DNA of 53,281 bases. Origin: Acanthaster planci. Taxonomy: Eukaryota. Of the stretch, positions 37,450-51,000 are shown one piece after another. Under the pieces are notes generated by a model. The model had not been told where the DNA came from, did not search any database, and was given only the letters and a program-made list of their open reading frames with translations. The DNA lies in assembly GCF_001949145.1 (NCBI RefSeq), contig NW_019091359.1:3777159-3830439 (forward strand), given 5' to 3'. Each line of letters starts with the position of its first letter. Position 1 is the stretch's first letter. Both the position numbers and the translations under genes were made by a program.

Positions 37450-40099
37450 GCCTAGGTTGGACGTTGTCTTCATTTCATTACGACTGCAACCAGGGTCTAA
37501 GACTTGTGTGCAAAACGACCACAAATTTGGTTCTAATTTGTTCTTGGTTTACCTTATTGAAGAAACTAATTGTTCATGTTTACAAGTTCTTTGTGGTCTT
37601 ATCTATCCATCTGGGGGGTTCAGGAATTTCAGAACGAACCATGGACAGCAAAATCGAGGAAAATAAGTGAGAGACAACGTTACTTTTGTAGACGTAGTTC
37701 ATCTGTTCTTGAGTCTAGTTGTAAAGTGCATGCACACACTACGCGTGCGCTATTTCCGGTGAAGGTCTGTTGCTCACCTGCTACACAGAGGCCGTGACTG
37801 GTACCCGGCTTCGACCCGCCTGCCGTCGAGCCAATATAAAAAATACAGTTCTGTTTTTGTCGGGTTGGGGGTTTCAGACTGACCAATTAATTCACTATTG
37901 GTTACCCCTAAAATGTTCATATTTTGTTTTGCTTTAAATTTCGGTTTTTAAACATATATTTGCAACATAACCTGCTATATTATAAGAGTAACCTCCGTTA
38001 GTGTACAGGGTTCTTGTACCGGTAGTTATACGGGAAGAAGTTCATCAACGATCTCTCTTTGAAGTGTTTTAACATGTTTAATTTGTTTGTAGAGTTTTTT
38101 GGTTAAAGATGTATAAACACATAATATTGTAGAGTTCCGATTTTTATTAAAATGAAGCAGTAACTTATCTTGATAATTGAGGAATAAAAAAAGGATTACC
38201 GGTACACTGCAGGCATGATGATCGTGATGAACAGGTAAGAGCTATGCTATACTGATCGGCCTTTCCTTTTTTTATTCGTAAACGAAACATACAATAAGCA
38301 GACTGAATTAGTAATTGGCAGTGACGAGTTGGATTTTAGAGCAATGGACAGATAGTAAGACCATGGAGGAAGGATACAGAAGGAGTTTGAACTGCCCGGG
38401 CTATAACACCTGACCGATTACCACTTTCTGGCATGCCCGGTATGTCCATAGCCAGAGCGCAGCGCACGCCTGCTACCCACCACCTGTTTTGCAACCATAA
38501 GCTCCCTTTGTACCCCATGATCGTCGCCGAAATTTTTCGTTGGTAATCTGCATTGCTGAAACGTTGTGTACTGCAGTATAGGAAGTTGAATATTCATGCC
38601 ATCGTTGGTGCTTGATATGATTCNNNNNNNNNNNNNNNNNNNNNNNNNNNNNNNNNNNNNNNNNNNNNNNNNNNNNNNNNNNNNNNNNNNNNNNNNNNNN
38701 NNNNNNNNNNNNNNNNNNNNNNNNNNNNNNNNNNNNNNNNNNNNNNNNNNNNNNNNNNNNNNNNNNNNNNNNNNNNNNNNNNNNNNNNNNNNNNNNNNNN
38801 NNNNNNNNNNNNNNNNNNNNNNNNNNNNNNNNNNNNNNNNNNNNNNNNNNNNNNNNNNNNNNNNNNNNNNNNNNNNNNNNNNNNNNNNNNNNNNNNNNNN
38901 NNNNNNNNNNNNNNNNNNNNNNNNNNNNNNNNNNNNNNNNNNNNNNNNNNNNNNNNNNNNNNNNNNNNNNNNNNNNNNNNNNNNNNNNNNNNNNNNNNNN
39001 NNNNNNNNNNNNNNNNNNNNNNNNNNNNNNNNNNNNNNNNNNNNNNNNNNNNNNNNNNNNNNNNNNNNNNNNNNNNNNNNNNNNNNNNNNNNNNNNNNNN
39101 NNNNNNNNNNNNNNNNNNNNNNNNNNNNNNNNNNNNNNNNNNNNNNNNNNNNNNNNNNNNNNNNNNNNNNNNNNNNNNNNNNNNNNNNNNNNNNNNNNNN
39201 NNNNNNNNNNNNNNNNNNNNNNNNNNNNNNNNNNNNNNNNNNNNNNNNNNNNNNNNNNNNNNNNNNNNNNNNNNNNNNNNNNNNNNNNNNNNNNNNNNNN
39301 NNNNNNNNNNNNNNNNNNNNNNNNNNNNNNNNNNNNNNNNNNNNNNNNNNNNNNNNNNNNNNNNNNNNNNNNNNNNNNNNNNAGGCCCAAGAGATCATGA
39401 TTGTTAATCAACGTTTTTGACTCTCATATCAGTCTAGTTTACTAAAAAAATTATTTATCTAGCCAGTGCTTTCTGGAAAAGTTCTCCATCTCTAAAAGAA
39501 ATGTAAACGGTATAACTTTTAAAATGGAACAAATCAACAGATACATAAATTAGTAAATTGCTAGCCACAGAAATGTGCCAAAGCCTTGCTGGATAATACC
39601 CTCTCCCCTCGACATGGAACTGCCAAGTCCCTTAACTTCTATTGAATTTTGTGGACACCTTTTGTCTCTCCCTATTTTAAGTCCACCTGTTAACACGGCC
39701 ACCGTAGTTTTGCATCTTTAGCATGATGCATCATTATACCTTCCCAAATTTTCGCGCGAGTCAGATCGGGCATGATGACAACGGAACTTGTGCAAATGAT
39801 GAGCCTAAGACTGGAGGGTCAGTGTGATGTATGGTAGTAGCCTGCTGGAAAGAAGTATAACGTAAAACGGTTCAATAAATTTAATAGTTGTCCAAGAGAT
39901 CGATTGAAAATCTTGTGTGCGTCATTATACCTTCCTAATTTAAATGTGAAAAATTAGTTTCTTCAACAAGGTAAACCAAGAACAAATTAGAACCAAATTT
40001 GTGGTCGTTTCGCAAACAACATTTATACCCTGGACGTCAGTCGTAATGAAATGAAGACAAAGTCCAACCATGGAGGAAGGAACATGGTCCAACCTGGGC
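37450..40099. mobile_element. Putative TIR-bounded element (~135-bp inverted repeats), centre in gap
   Basis: 37455-37585 is the reverse complement of about 39945-40070 (ggttggac.ttgtcttcatttcattacgactg...acgaccacaaatttggttctaatttgttcttggtttacctt.ttgaagaaactaat); solo terminus at 19187-19218. Confidence 0.65.
38624..39382. other. Assembly gap
   Basis: Run of N. Confidence 1.
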
Positions 40100-40313
40100 T
40101 AGGCCTACAGCATGAACCCCCAGCGTTGGACCGGACGTTGTCTTCGTAGCATGCCTACACAAGACGACGACATCCACAATGGCACTGCCACTGGGCACCG
40201 GCAAGACCCTACCCCCAGGACTGTGGGTTCGCCGGGAGTGTGGCGGACGATGACGACTGAGCAGTTTAACCCCAAACCCTTAGTTCCTATCCCAGTATAT
40301 TTTGTATACTCAC

Positions 40314-40459
40314 CAGTCTGACTGCAGAAGTTCTCGAGTTTTGGACAAACGCTTGCGCAACTTGTACAATGTTTGGTAATACTGCTTTCAGGCTCCCGCC
40401 ACAATTAATGTAAAGAGATCAACTTCAGAGGGCGCTATTCGAAAATCACGGAAGCGCAG
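40314..40459. promoter_or_regulatory. Putative bidirectional promoter and non-coding first exons of ATG7 (+) and the GEX1-like gene (-)
   Basis: Outward-facing donors CTG|gtgagt (-, 40313) and CAG|gtaaat (+, 40460); CpG-rich; agagggcgcta and cggaag motifs; both first coding exons begin with an acceptor. Confidence 0.5.
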
Positions 40460-41185
40460 GTAAATCGAAAAAAAAAACATGTACATGTACCCCAGTATTA
40501 GTAGGCTGTAGGTCCCGTGAGCACGGCGGGGCGGACGTTCGTACCCGTAAAGGACGTACTTAGCTAGGCCTAGGTAGCCCATCCCACTAAACAGGTCTTC
40601 CTCCAGTTTGACTTGTAGGTCGTCTGTATTATCATCAAACGTAAGTGCAAGAATAATCCTTAATTTTAAAACCAGTCTTTTTGGGGGCCATCCTTACCCT
40701 CCTTGACCTTAGAATCAGATCCTGCATGGATCCTGGCAAGTGGCATGCCTGGCCAACGTTCAGCACCGGCAATAATGACAGGTGTCAAGTTAGGCCCTTA
40801 CGTTTGACGTTCAACATTCAGTGTTGAACAAGTAACTGTTTGATATTCAACGTTTAGTAACTTTTATTCCTCCATGCTTAAAGTAACAATTGGACATTCA
40901 GGATGCACATCCCTAAAAGAGATGGAGTACAAATGGGATATAAAGCAAACTGTGTGAACTACATTTCAAAACCTGGCATGCCTGGGCTAGTGTCAATAGT
41001 CCTAATATGAGCTACAATATCTACATTGTCTTCAACTGTAAACATGGCAAAGCTGGTCATGTTTCAATATGAGCAATGTCCTCCCTCAAATGAGAATGTT
41101 TTGTGTAACATAGTATGTGGAAGACTTCCCCTGGATGCAAACAGTACATGTAATTTGGAGTAATGCACATGTTGTGAGGAGTTAA

Positions 41186-41586
41186 CCCCTTCGCGCAGGG
41201 AAGCGGCTACAGCCGCTGTAAAAATTGAGATCTGCAGCCCGCTTTTAAGCTATTATTCTCGGCCCACGCTTGAGCGAACACGGTGAAAGAAGGCATACCC
41301 TGGCTCTTGTATATATGGTAATCGGTCTTTGTGCGTAGCCCAGAAATGAATCATAATCACCAGCTTCACAATCGTCCCCACATTGAAAAGAGGCAACGGG
41401 AATGTGGAAGGGTGAGTAGAGCCACGTACCATGGAACAATCGGCCTTTTCACCGTGTAATTCAAAGTGTTCAGAGCACGCAGGGCCACAAACCAAGAATT
41501 TGCGGTTTGGCAGGTGGCCTTCATAGCCAAGCGAGGCTGGAATTCTTGGAGTCAGCTTTCGGGAAGAAATTCCCGTCGTCAAGGGG
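41186..41586. mobile_element. piggyBac-like MITE
   Basis: TTAA|CCCCTTcgcgcagggaa ... ttcccgtcgtcAAGGGG|TTAA; GC-richer than flanks. Confidence 0.8.
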
Positions 41587-41928
41587 TTAAAAGAGCTCTA
41601 GGCTGAGTGACTACAAAAATATTAAATGCTATGTATATGTGTACTTTGCTGCCATCCTGTTCCACTTTTTTCTTAAATGTCAGTTTGGAACTGATCAATT
41701 CAATATTTTTGCTAATTTCGTCCTTTGTGGCTGTGTGTGTTTTGTTCCAGTATGCAGATTTTTTGAAAGCTTTCTTGTCCTAATTACAGCTAAAGGATTG
41801 CTAGTACAAGATTGATGGCATCAATTGAATATATCATTTTCTTATCCTGAGTGAGTTGAACCAAAAATTTTATACTGGTTTCATAAAATCATTAGCTTTT
41901 TCCCTTCTGTTTGACAGGCCAATCCAAA

Positions 41929-42091
41929 ATGGCAAGTTCTGAACAGAATGTCAGTCAATGGAACCAGTTACAGTTTGCACCTATGAACAGTGCCTTGGAT
42001 GTTGGATTCTGGCATAGGCTGTCCAAGAAGAAACTGGAAGAATACAAGCTGGATGACTCCCCTAAACTAATCAGTGGTTATTACTACAATG
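41929..42091 (+). CDS. ATG7: ATG7 coding exon 1
   Basis: MASSEQ...[30 protein letters not shown]; acceptor at 41916-41917. Confidence 0.95.
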
Positions 42092-45000
42092 GTAATTTCA
42101 AGCAAATTGTAACTCAGGAGGTATTGCTCTTGACATGGTTGTACTTTTCCCACGCCTGAGCTGCAGCTGGTTTCACAAAGGTTTTGTCACAGTCATTTCT
42201 CTCTTTCCTTCCCTTGAGAACGTGAAAGATGCATGTAGCTCACACATGCAGTATGTGCTACGAGGCTTGCAGTACTGATATTTGATCTTTCTATCATGAC
42301 TTTGTGTCTAGATTCAAATTGTTTAGATTTCTCTGCAAGGGGCAAGGATTGACTTGACTTTATATTCCACATTGTGTAATGTGATTGGGTTATCATTTTC
42401 CTTCTCTTGATCTTGTTAACTTTCATCAGAAAGAAGTATAAGTTTCCCCTTCGATGAGTAAGGGTACAAAAACTCACCATTCCCTTTGGTTTTGCATATT
42501 TGACAGATTAGTGGCCACATTTAAGTAGAGCAGCACTTTTAAATGTTCTTAAATTTTCTAGCTGATAGAAGTAAATAAATTTATTTATAAAATCACTTTA
42601 AAATGGAGTTAAATTTTAAGAACCACTCATTTTGGTTTCATATTTTTCAACGTTAGGAGATGCAGATGGCCTCCCATCAAGGACTAGCCTGGATTTCAAC
42701 TCCTTTGATGAGTAAGTTGAAAGGTTACTCAAGCTTTTCTGTCTGTCTCTCCAATTTCCTGCCTTTAACTTTGAAATATCTCCAGAATGTCATTCTCCAA
42801 ATGTAGGTGCGTCCAGTTATTGGGTTGCAAGCGAGAACAAGAGACGGTGTCCTGCAGAACACACCCAACCAATTGTACATACAGTGGCGGATGTGTGCAT
42901 TAGCTCTGTTACCCAGCTTTCCCCAGCCTGTCTCTTCTTTGCAAGTAGCAGGTGCTTGTACTCAGAGCATGTACTCAAGATACTCAGATAGTGCCATGAA
43001 AATGCCAAGTAATTTGAAGTTTGAATCCGCAAATATCTTATTCCACAATAGAAACAGAACAAAATACCCTGTGAATGATTCTTGTTGATTGATTTGAAGT
43101 GATACATGTCTTTCCACATTAGCTGATGATCCAGCCATGTCTGGCTTGAACTTTGTTTCAGGACTGTGCTTTGACTATAGTCATGCTAAAAATTTGTTGT
43201 AGCATCTATGGAGCTTCCTCTCTGCATACATTTTGACATCCATCCTAACATCCATTCAAATCCCACTAAAGCATATGTTGATTGCACTTTTACTGTTTAC
43301 ATCCCATTTCTGACAAACAGACTGCCAGTTTTTGTGAGAAATATTGACAGATTAGGGACTTTTAAATCACAGCTCAATATCTTTCTTTTTAAAAGATGGT
43401 GATTTTAACTATTTGTACTTAAAATATACTTTTTGGTGTATTTTAATGTATTTCTGTGAAGATTGTAACATAAAGTACTGTATTAAGAATATATTAGTAA
43501 TTGAACTGTCACTTTTGGGCCAAGCATGCTTTTTTTTTCTGTTTCAGACCTGTTCAGTGTCCCCCACACTGCTTTCCGTCCCATGGCACATTGTTGAATT
43601 TCAACACACTGGATGCTTTCAAGTCTTGTGAGAAGAAAACAGAACTTCAGAAAATTTCTGCCATGGTGAGTATACATGAAATGATCTGAAAAGACTTCTT
43701 TTTTGGCTATGGTTGGATTTTCTTTACTGATTTGAACATAGCTCATTTTTTTTAATGTATGTAAAAAGGGTGTTCATATGTTCAGCCTTTTTATGTGACC
43801 GTGCAAATAGTTTATGCACAGTGTTATTTATTTTACCATCATCATTTTCAAATTTCAGTGTCATTTTTGTTTTTCCACATTCTAAAAAGACCAACAAGAA
43901 TGATGGGAATATATGTAGAAAAAAGAAACAATAGTTTCAAGACAAATTTTTGAACATTTCCAGAACTAGGGAACTGGACTCAGAATATGAAGAATAGGCT
44001 TTTCCAAAATTGGACGCTGAAAAAAAGCTTAATTAACAAAATTCTCAGAATTTAGATGTAGATGTCCACAACACATGAAGCCAATATTACGAAGCAAATT
44101 GGCAAAGAAAATGTTGGCTTAACAAAAACAGTTGACCAACCCAAATGCCAAATGTTTGTTGCATGCCACTGCTTCACTACTGAAATTTGGCTTTAACCAC
44201 TTCATACCGGGGCATTTTTCAATGTTGATGATGCTGGGCCGGCATGACTATCATTTTTTCCGTTTTCAAAATCCTCAAATTCATCATTTCATTTAACAGT
44301 CGTTTATAGCCGCACAAAGTAATCTTTAGGCACTACTCTAAGTTCAGAGGTTACCTTCATTGACGCCCGAGTATTTCAGCTAGGCCTGCAGCCTTGTAAA
44401 CAGAGCCCAGATTATGCGATGTTGTATAACTGTCTTTTGTTCACGAACCTGGCTCAGTGTACAGCTGACCTCTTTTGAATAGGGGCCAGATTAGCGTGCA
44501 GCGGTGCTGTGTGGCTCATTGCTGCGGTGGTGGAGCGCTTTTGTCCCTGGTGGTAATCCGCTCGCTCTCAATGCCCCAAACACTGGTATATGGTTTCAAA
44601 ACAAGGCTGGATTATCACCACTTTTGAGAGTGAAAAATGTTGGTAATGCCCAGCAGCCTGGTCTTTTGTTTGGAGTACGGTCTTTTGTTACAGGGCCCTG
44701 TTTCCTTTGTCGGAGTTGGAAGACCTTGGCCATGCATATAAACCGTACGTCTCCGATTCCGGAGTCCCCGGCAGGAAGTGTTTAATATGTAAAGTTGCTA
44801 AATGTTACTTTCTGATTAAAAGTAGCTCCTTGAGACCAGGCCCCTACAACACCACTCCAGCTAAGACCATACCTAGCACAGTGAGCTAACTTTTTAAAAA
44901 GTTTGTGAGTGGACCTTGTTTTGACTTTGGTTCTTCAGATCTGGACAGACATCACATCTGGAGCAGCACTGAAAGATCCCTCACTCCTGTCCAGGTTTTT

Positions 45001-48000
45001 ACTGTTGACCTTTGCGGTAAGCTCTGAGAGACAGAGAAGATCATCTGAATATGTGACATCCAGTAGGGAACATTCAAGAGGTCATATTTTTTTCGTTAAT
45101 AGGACTGACATCAATTACAAACTAGAAACACAAATATTTTGCTCCTCTCAAACAACTTTTGAACTTCAATATAACCAGGATTTGGGCTAAATTTTACCAA
45201 GGTATTGTGGATGTTACTATACAGTTAGATTGTGCTAGATTTCTGCCTCTGAAAGGGAACAGATTTTGCTCTTGATGGACCACATACGTGTGGCCTGGAC
45301 TTTTAGTCCATACTTTGCTGTAGTAAAAGTGTTGGCTGTCATAGCAAGGTGAAAATGAATCAGGGCTTGTTGGGTCATCAACATAAATTGATAAATAAAA
45401 ATGATACCACCTACAATTTTTTCTTGTTTGTTTTCAGGATTTGAAGAAGTACCATTTTGTCTTCTGGTTTTCGTTTCCTGCTCTGTGTGCCATTGATAGT
45501 ATTAATGTTGCTAAGACACAGCGTCTTAACCAGTGCTTCAGTGAGGAGCAGGTTGGTATATTGATGTACTGGATGTTACGGAGCACACCAAGACATTTGA
45601 CTGATGCACTAACCAAACATCACATTGACACCTTCACCCTAAATCCATAGAATTGTTTGCAAGCACTCTGTCCGATCTACAGGAATGCAGAGAGAAAATA
45701 GTTCGTAATGCTGTGTATTTCAGCTCTGTCCTGTAAGACCTTGTCGGTTGTTGCTGGGAGAATGGAGTAAACTTCAACATGTAATGAGCCCCAAAGTGAT
45801 TGTAGATATCACATTTTGCTACAACAGTTGAAGCGGACTTGTTGAGTTTTTAGCCTACAAGTGGGCTTTGGACAATCCTTTATATTTAGCTTCATATTTG
45901 GGAGAAAGACAAAGTTATGAGATTGCTCCAAATTTAGGGCACACTTTTGTTTGATGTGATTAATTTTTCAACTCTGTGCCAACTGGACATACGGGATAGT
46001 TTGAAACCCTCCCTCACCCCAATTTAGTCTGTTTACAGAACAACCATTGCTGTCAGATACATATTAATTGATGTTTCTCAGAAGGTGGCGCAGATAATAT
46101 GGCTACCCTTCATACGAGTAAAAGAGGCCATCATATTTAAGCTAATAGTACAAGTCTATGAGGGGAGTTGGGAGGACGTATTCTTGGAAGTGCTATGATT
46201 TTTCTTGTTATTTGACAATTTATCTTATGTTTTTTCCTTGGCTCCCCAGATTTATTCCCTCCAGGAGTCATATGACGCCTTAGCTGACCAGCATAAAGGC
46301 TTGGCATTCTTCCTAGTTCAGAAGCAAGATGATCTACTGACTGTGTTCCAACTCTCTGATTGGGACTTGTTACCGGATAAATCACAAGTCAGTGGAAATG
46401 TTACCAATCTCAGAATTTCACAGTCTGGCACAATTAGATAAAGACAAGACATGTGGAATTTTGAATGTGTTTTGCCATGGATGCTGGCTTGATGGCTCGA
46501 GTCACATTCAGACAGCTACTATATAAGTGAGCCAGTTTTTACTATCCCTTAGCCTCTTGGTAGATGTTTGCTGTATGTAGTAAATAAAAGTTATCTCAAA
46601 AGGTTTGCCTGTCTAAACATTATATTGTGAGAACATGGGAAATAAGTGGAGTGGAGTCCCACCTATGCAGTGTCATGAATTTTGTTTCTCAGCTTCCAGA
46701 CAACATTGATTGAGGGCAAACCAAATATTCAAATAAGTCCGCAGTTCTCTTTAGTAGAACTTGTATCTGGTAGACTAGGCTAGTAACAGTGAGTTCAATG
46801 ACTAGAGTCGGAAAGGACTTCTGTGATACAAAAACTCATGTTCATCATCATCACACACTGCTAAATTCTTGCTAATCTCACAATAAAGGTTTTGGATTTA
46901 TTGTTATTTTGATTCTGTACACAGGTGATGCTTGGCTTCTGTGACCCTTGTACTCTGGATCAGTACCCTGGATGGCCACTCAGAAACTTTCTAGTACTGG
47001 CTGCGTACCACTGGTAAGATGAAGTCTTCAGTCATTTTTGTTAAGATAACAAGCCCTCGATCGGTCTGGTGCAGTCTACTCTGTGTAGTAATTATATCAA
47101 ATACCATACTTGGAACAAAATGAAATATACAGCAAAGGTTTGGCTGATTAGTCAAAACCAATAATTATGTGGGTAGTTGCTTTCAATCAGTCTTAAATCA
47201 TAACTAAGTTCCTCTGATGAAAACTAAACATCTTTCTTGCATTGATGTGTCTATTGATTCAGGTCAGATGAGTTACAGAATGTGCAAGTGTTGTGCCTGA
47301 GAGATCGAACAAGGGAAGGAGTCCGTACTACAGACCATAGTCTGGTGCTGGATATTCACCTGCCTTCAATGAAACATCTGAATGGTAGTTTTCAGTCTCA
47401 TTTCAAAGTCTTGTGTATTTGAAACCACTGATTGTTGATCATGCAAAGAAACACCTCTTCAAAGTCCTCATTACAGACTGCTTAATGTATATCCTCTGTG
47501 TTCTCAGAGTGTCCAAAGTGTGTTGGTTGGGAGAAGAATCAGAAGAACAAGATGGCACCTCGTAAGGTAGACCTGAGTGCCAGCATGGATCCAACACGGT
47601 AAGAGTGTACTGCCTCACTTGAAATTCCTGCTGCTGATGTCTGTCATTTCCTGGACAGAAAACCAGACGAGTGAAACATGCTGTGACCTTTGCTGTAAAG
47701 TTCAAACAACCAGTGCCTATCAGGGACATTTGAGCATATAAGTAAGGAAGAATTATATGTAGACTGAATTCTGTTTAAAGCTTTTCACTAGGAGTTTTTC
47801 AGGTTTTTCTTTGGGGGGGGGAATTTTTAGATGAAGACTTCACAAAGTTCTAATAAAAATTGTCTTTGTTTTGGCAAAATACAGTACGCTAAAATGCATT
47901 TCGGAATTCCCCCAAAGTAAAATGTGTTGAAAATTTGATTAAAGATGCATGAATAAAGGAAAGAGTATTCAAAATTATTTGAAATTATAAGAATGGAAAA

Positions 48001-51000
48001 TCCCTTCAGATATTGGCATTGACTGACCATTCTTCTGAACATTGTCAGGACATGATCATGTATTTAGGTCCACTTTTCTGCTTTTGATTGTTTTATTTTC
48101 CAGCAATTTGACTCTCCTTTACCTCTTGTAGCTTGGCTGAGTCATCTGTGGACCTGAATCTCAAGTTGATGAGGTGGCGTTTGCTGCCCTCGCTTGACCT
48201 AGATAAAGTAGCCCAGACCAAATGTCTTCTCCTGGGCTCAGGAACCCTTGGTTGTAATGTTGCCAGATGCCTTATGGTTAGTGTGATAAGATGATGTACT
48301 TTATCATATATCTTAGAACACAATCAGAACCTGGTACCCGTGTGATTGTAATGATCACTGACAGCGCATAAGATGTCAAGAAAGAAACAGTTGCAAAAGG
48401 GCAGTGCTTGCTGCCAAAGAAGTTTAACAAAATGGCATTAAAAACTCCAAAAATGTTCGTGTGATATGCCTTTTTTTATGTGTGTCATACCACTTTCTGA
48501 AGCCAAATGAGTTTTTTAATTCGATGTATTTCGTTTAAGGTCAGCTGTTTTGTAGGGTTGTCTTTTTTTTTACTGGAAAGGAAATAATGGGTAAAATGTA
48601 TTGTACTAAGAAAGAGAAACATTGTCATGTTCCTGTCATACTGGCGTTCTTTATTACATGGGCCTAATCTGATGACTCAGTATAGTAAGTTTATCGTAAT
48701 CCAACTCTCCAGACTGTTCACAGTCATATTTCTGTTAGTCCTGATAAAGGCTGTCCACATGTCTTTAGGAATCGATTGGCAATGTACCTGAATCTCTCTA
48801 CATTATGGAAACTAGGCTTAATTCCAAACCATACTTTAACCATGCCAACCCTCCTTGTTTAACCATATTTACACTTTAAACATTGTGATCTGAGTTGTGA
48901 AGGTTGTTTAAAACCATTCCAAGCACTGTTAAGAGTTAAGAATAGCTGGATAATCTCAATGCAGATTGATGAATGAATTTGAATCAAAAACATTAATGGC
49001 AGCCTCATTAGCAATTTCAAACCTTGTATTGGCTAACATTGGACAACAATATAAATGTGAAATGGCTTTAATCTTTAAAATCTGTTTGTGTTACAGGTTA
49101 ACCATCTTTGGTTCTTCCTGATTTGTAGGGCTGGGGTGTACGCACTATCACGTTAGTAGACAATTCCACTGTGTCATATTCCAACCCTGTCCGTCAGAGT
49201 TTGTTTGAGTTTGAGGATTCCTTGGAGGGAGGTAAACCCAAGGCTCAGGCAGCTGCAGAGAGACTCAAGAAGATCTTCCCTGGTGTGGTGAGTGGTTATA
49301 CATTCAATCAGCTCTTTAAAAGTAATTTTAGTTGTTGTCCCTGGTTTTAAGATATTTTTTGTGGAAAACATGGAAAAACATTACACAAAAAAGTACAAAG
49401 TTTGGCCATTCCCCAGTCTTTAGCAACATACATATATAGGCCTGCACATTTTCAATAAAGCACCAAGGTTCAACTGTATGTGTTCCAAGACTGTAACAGT
49501 TTTACAAAAAATTTTTATTCCTGTTTCCACTTGCAATTATTATGGATTTTTGGGATAGTAATTATTTTATCAAGTCAGTCATGATGTTCATTATATTATA
49601 ACTTTGATGAACGCTACATAGAAAAATCAAATGACAAAAAAAGCCAAGTTTGTGACTAATTTTGTTGTGTATTTCTAGCAAGCTACTGGTCTTTCTTTGT
49701 CCATCCCTATGCCTGGACATGCTGTGGGTTCATCAGGTAAGAACTGAATGGATTACAGTGAAGGAAAATCACCAAGGCCTCATCAGAGTAGTAATAATAG
49801 TTGAATGTTTGGTAGTTGGTGGCAGGAGTTTGCAGTGATTCACCAGACGATGAATCAGCCTTGCCAGCTGTACCACTAGTGGTACAGCTGGCGAGGACAT
49901 CTTGTCAACAAAAAACCACAAAGAGAGTTTGCATCAGACTTCTCTGTACAACCCTGGCATGATAAGGTAAAGGGAGACAAGGTAAACTTACCGACATAGC
50001 CTAGCCAACCTGCTGGTTAACATCTAAAGTAAGCATCCACAACCCAGCCTAGATCAACTACAGCAAAACCAGAACAAATGCAACTAGAGATTTCTTGTTG
50101 ACGTGCCGCTATCTTATGATGACAGTCTGTGCACATGCCACTGTAGCTTGTAAAAAATGGTCTAATCACATGAACCATGACTCACTTTGCAGTGAACATA
50201 AACTATCATTGTAGCCTCCTTTTGATTATGCAGTCTTTCTAGCTGACTTCTCAAATTGTCTATCTCCATGTATGGCAAGCTGTGTTATTATCCAGCTACT
50301 GGTATCACTGCACTTCTCTTCATCAGAGGATGTCTTGGAGCAAACCAAAGAAGATGTAGCAAAGCTAGAGGAGTTGATCAATGCTCATGATGTTGTCTTC
50401 CTTTTGATGGATACCAGGGAAAGCCGCTGGTTACCTTCTGTCATTGGTGCAAGCAAACGCAAGGTATTCACCTCTTCCTACCTTACCAAGTAATTTCACA
50501 TTCACCACAATAAGCCAGTGAAGAGGTAAACATTGAGGGAACATTGAAACATAGAAGTAAGAACATGAGCCAAGAACAGAAATGATCAGAAAATAATTAA
50601 GTACTGATAGGCATAATTGATGTGTTTAATTTCAAACCAGCTGGTGATGAACGCAGCACTTGGCTTCGACACTTACATGGTGGTCAGACATGGTCTGAAG
50701 CCACCCAAAAAGAGCGCTATCACCGAGGTTGCAGGTACATCTGTTGATGCAGCAGCAGTAGAGGTTTCTGATGAACCCAAACCTTTAATGGCAGAAAAAG
50801 ATTCTCTCAGATGTATTCCTGGGGAGAAGTTGGGTTGTTACTTCTGTAATGATGTTGTAGCTCCAGGAGATGTAAGTACTGTATCAACAAAACAACGTTA
50901 TAGTTCCCTAAAAGTGAAAACCTTCCTGCTCCCTGTACTCTTCTTGCAAACTCGTTCAACTCATCTTTTCACCTCTGTAAGTTAAGATTCAATTGAAGAA

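Noticed and set aside
40105..40404. Zinc-ribbon-like KHCTSCASVCPKLENFCSQTG ORF
   Set aside because: No ATG (TTG directly after a stop) and the fourth Cys is missing; better explained as a non-coding first exon
50700..50815. Apparent insertion in the ATG7 adenylation domain
   Set aside because: Falls in the variable loop between RHG and LGCYFCND that is also extended in vertebrate ATG7
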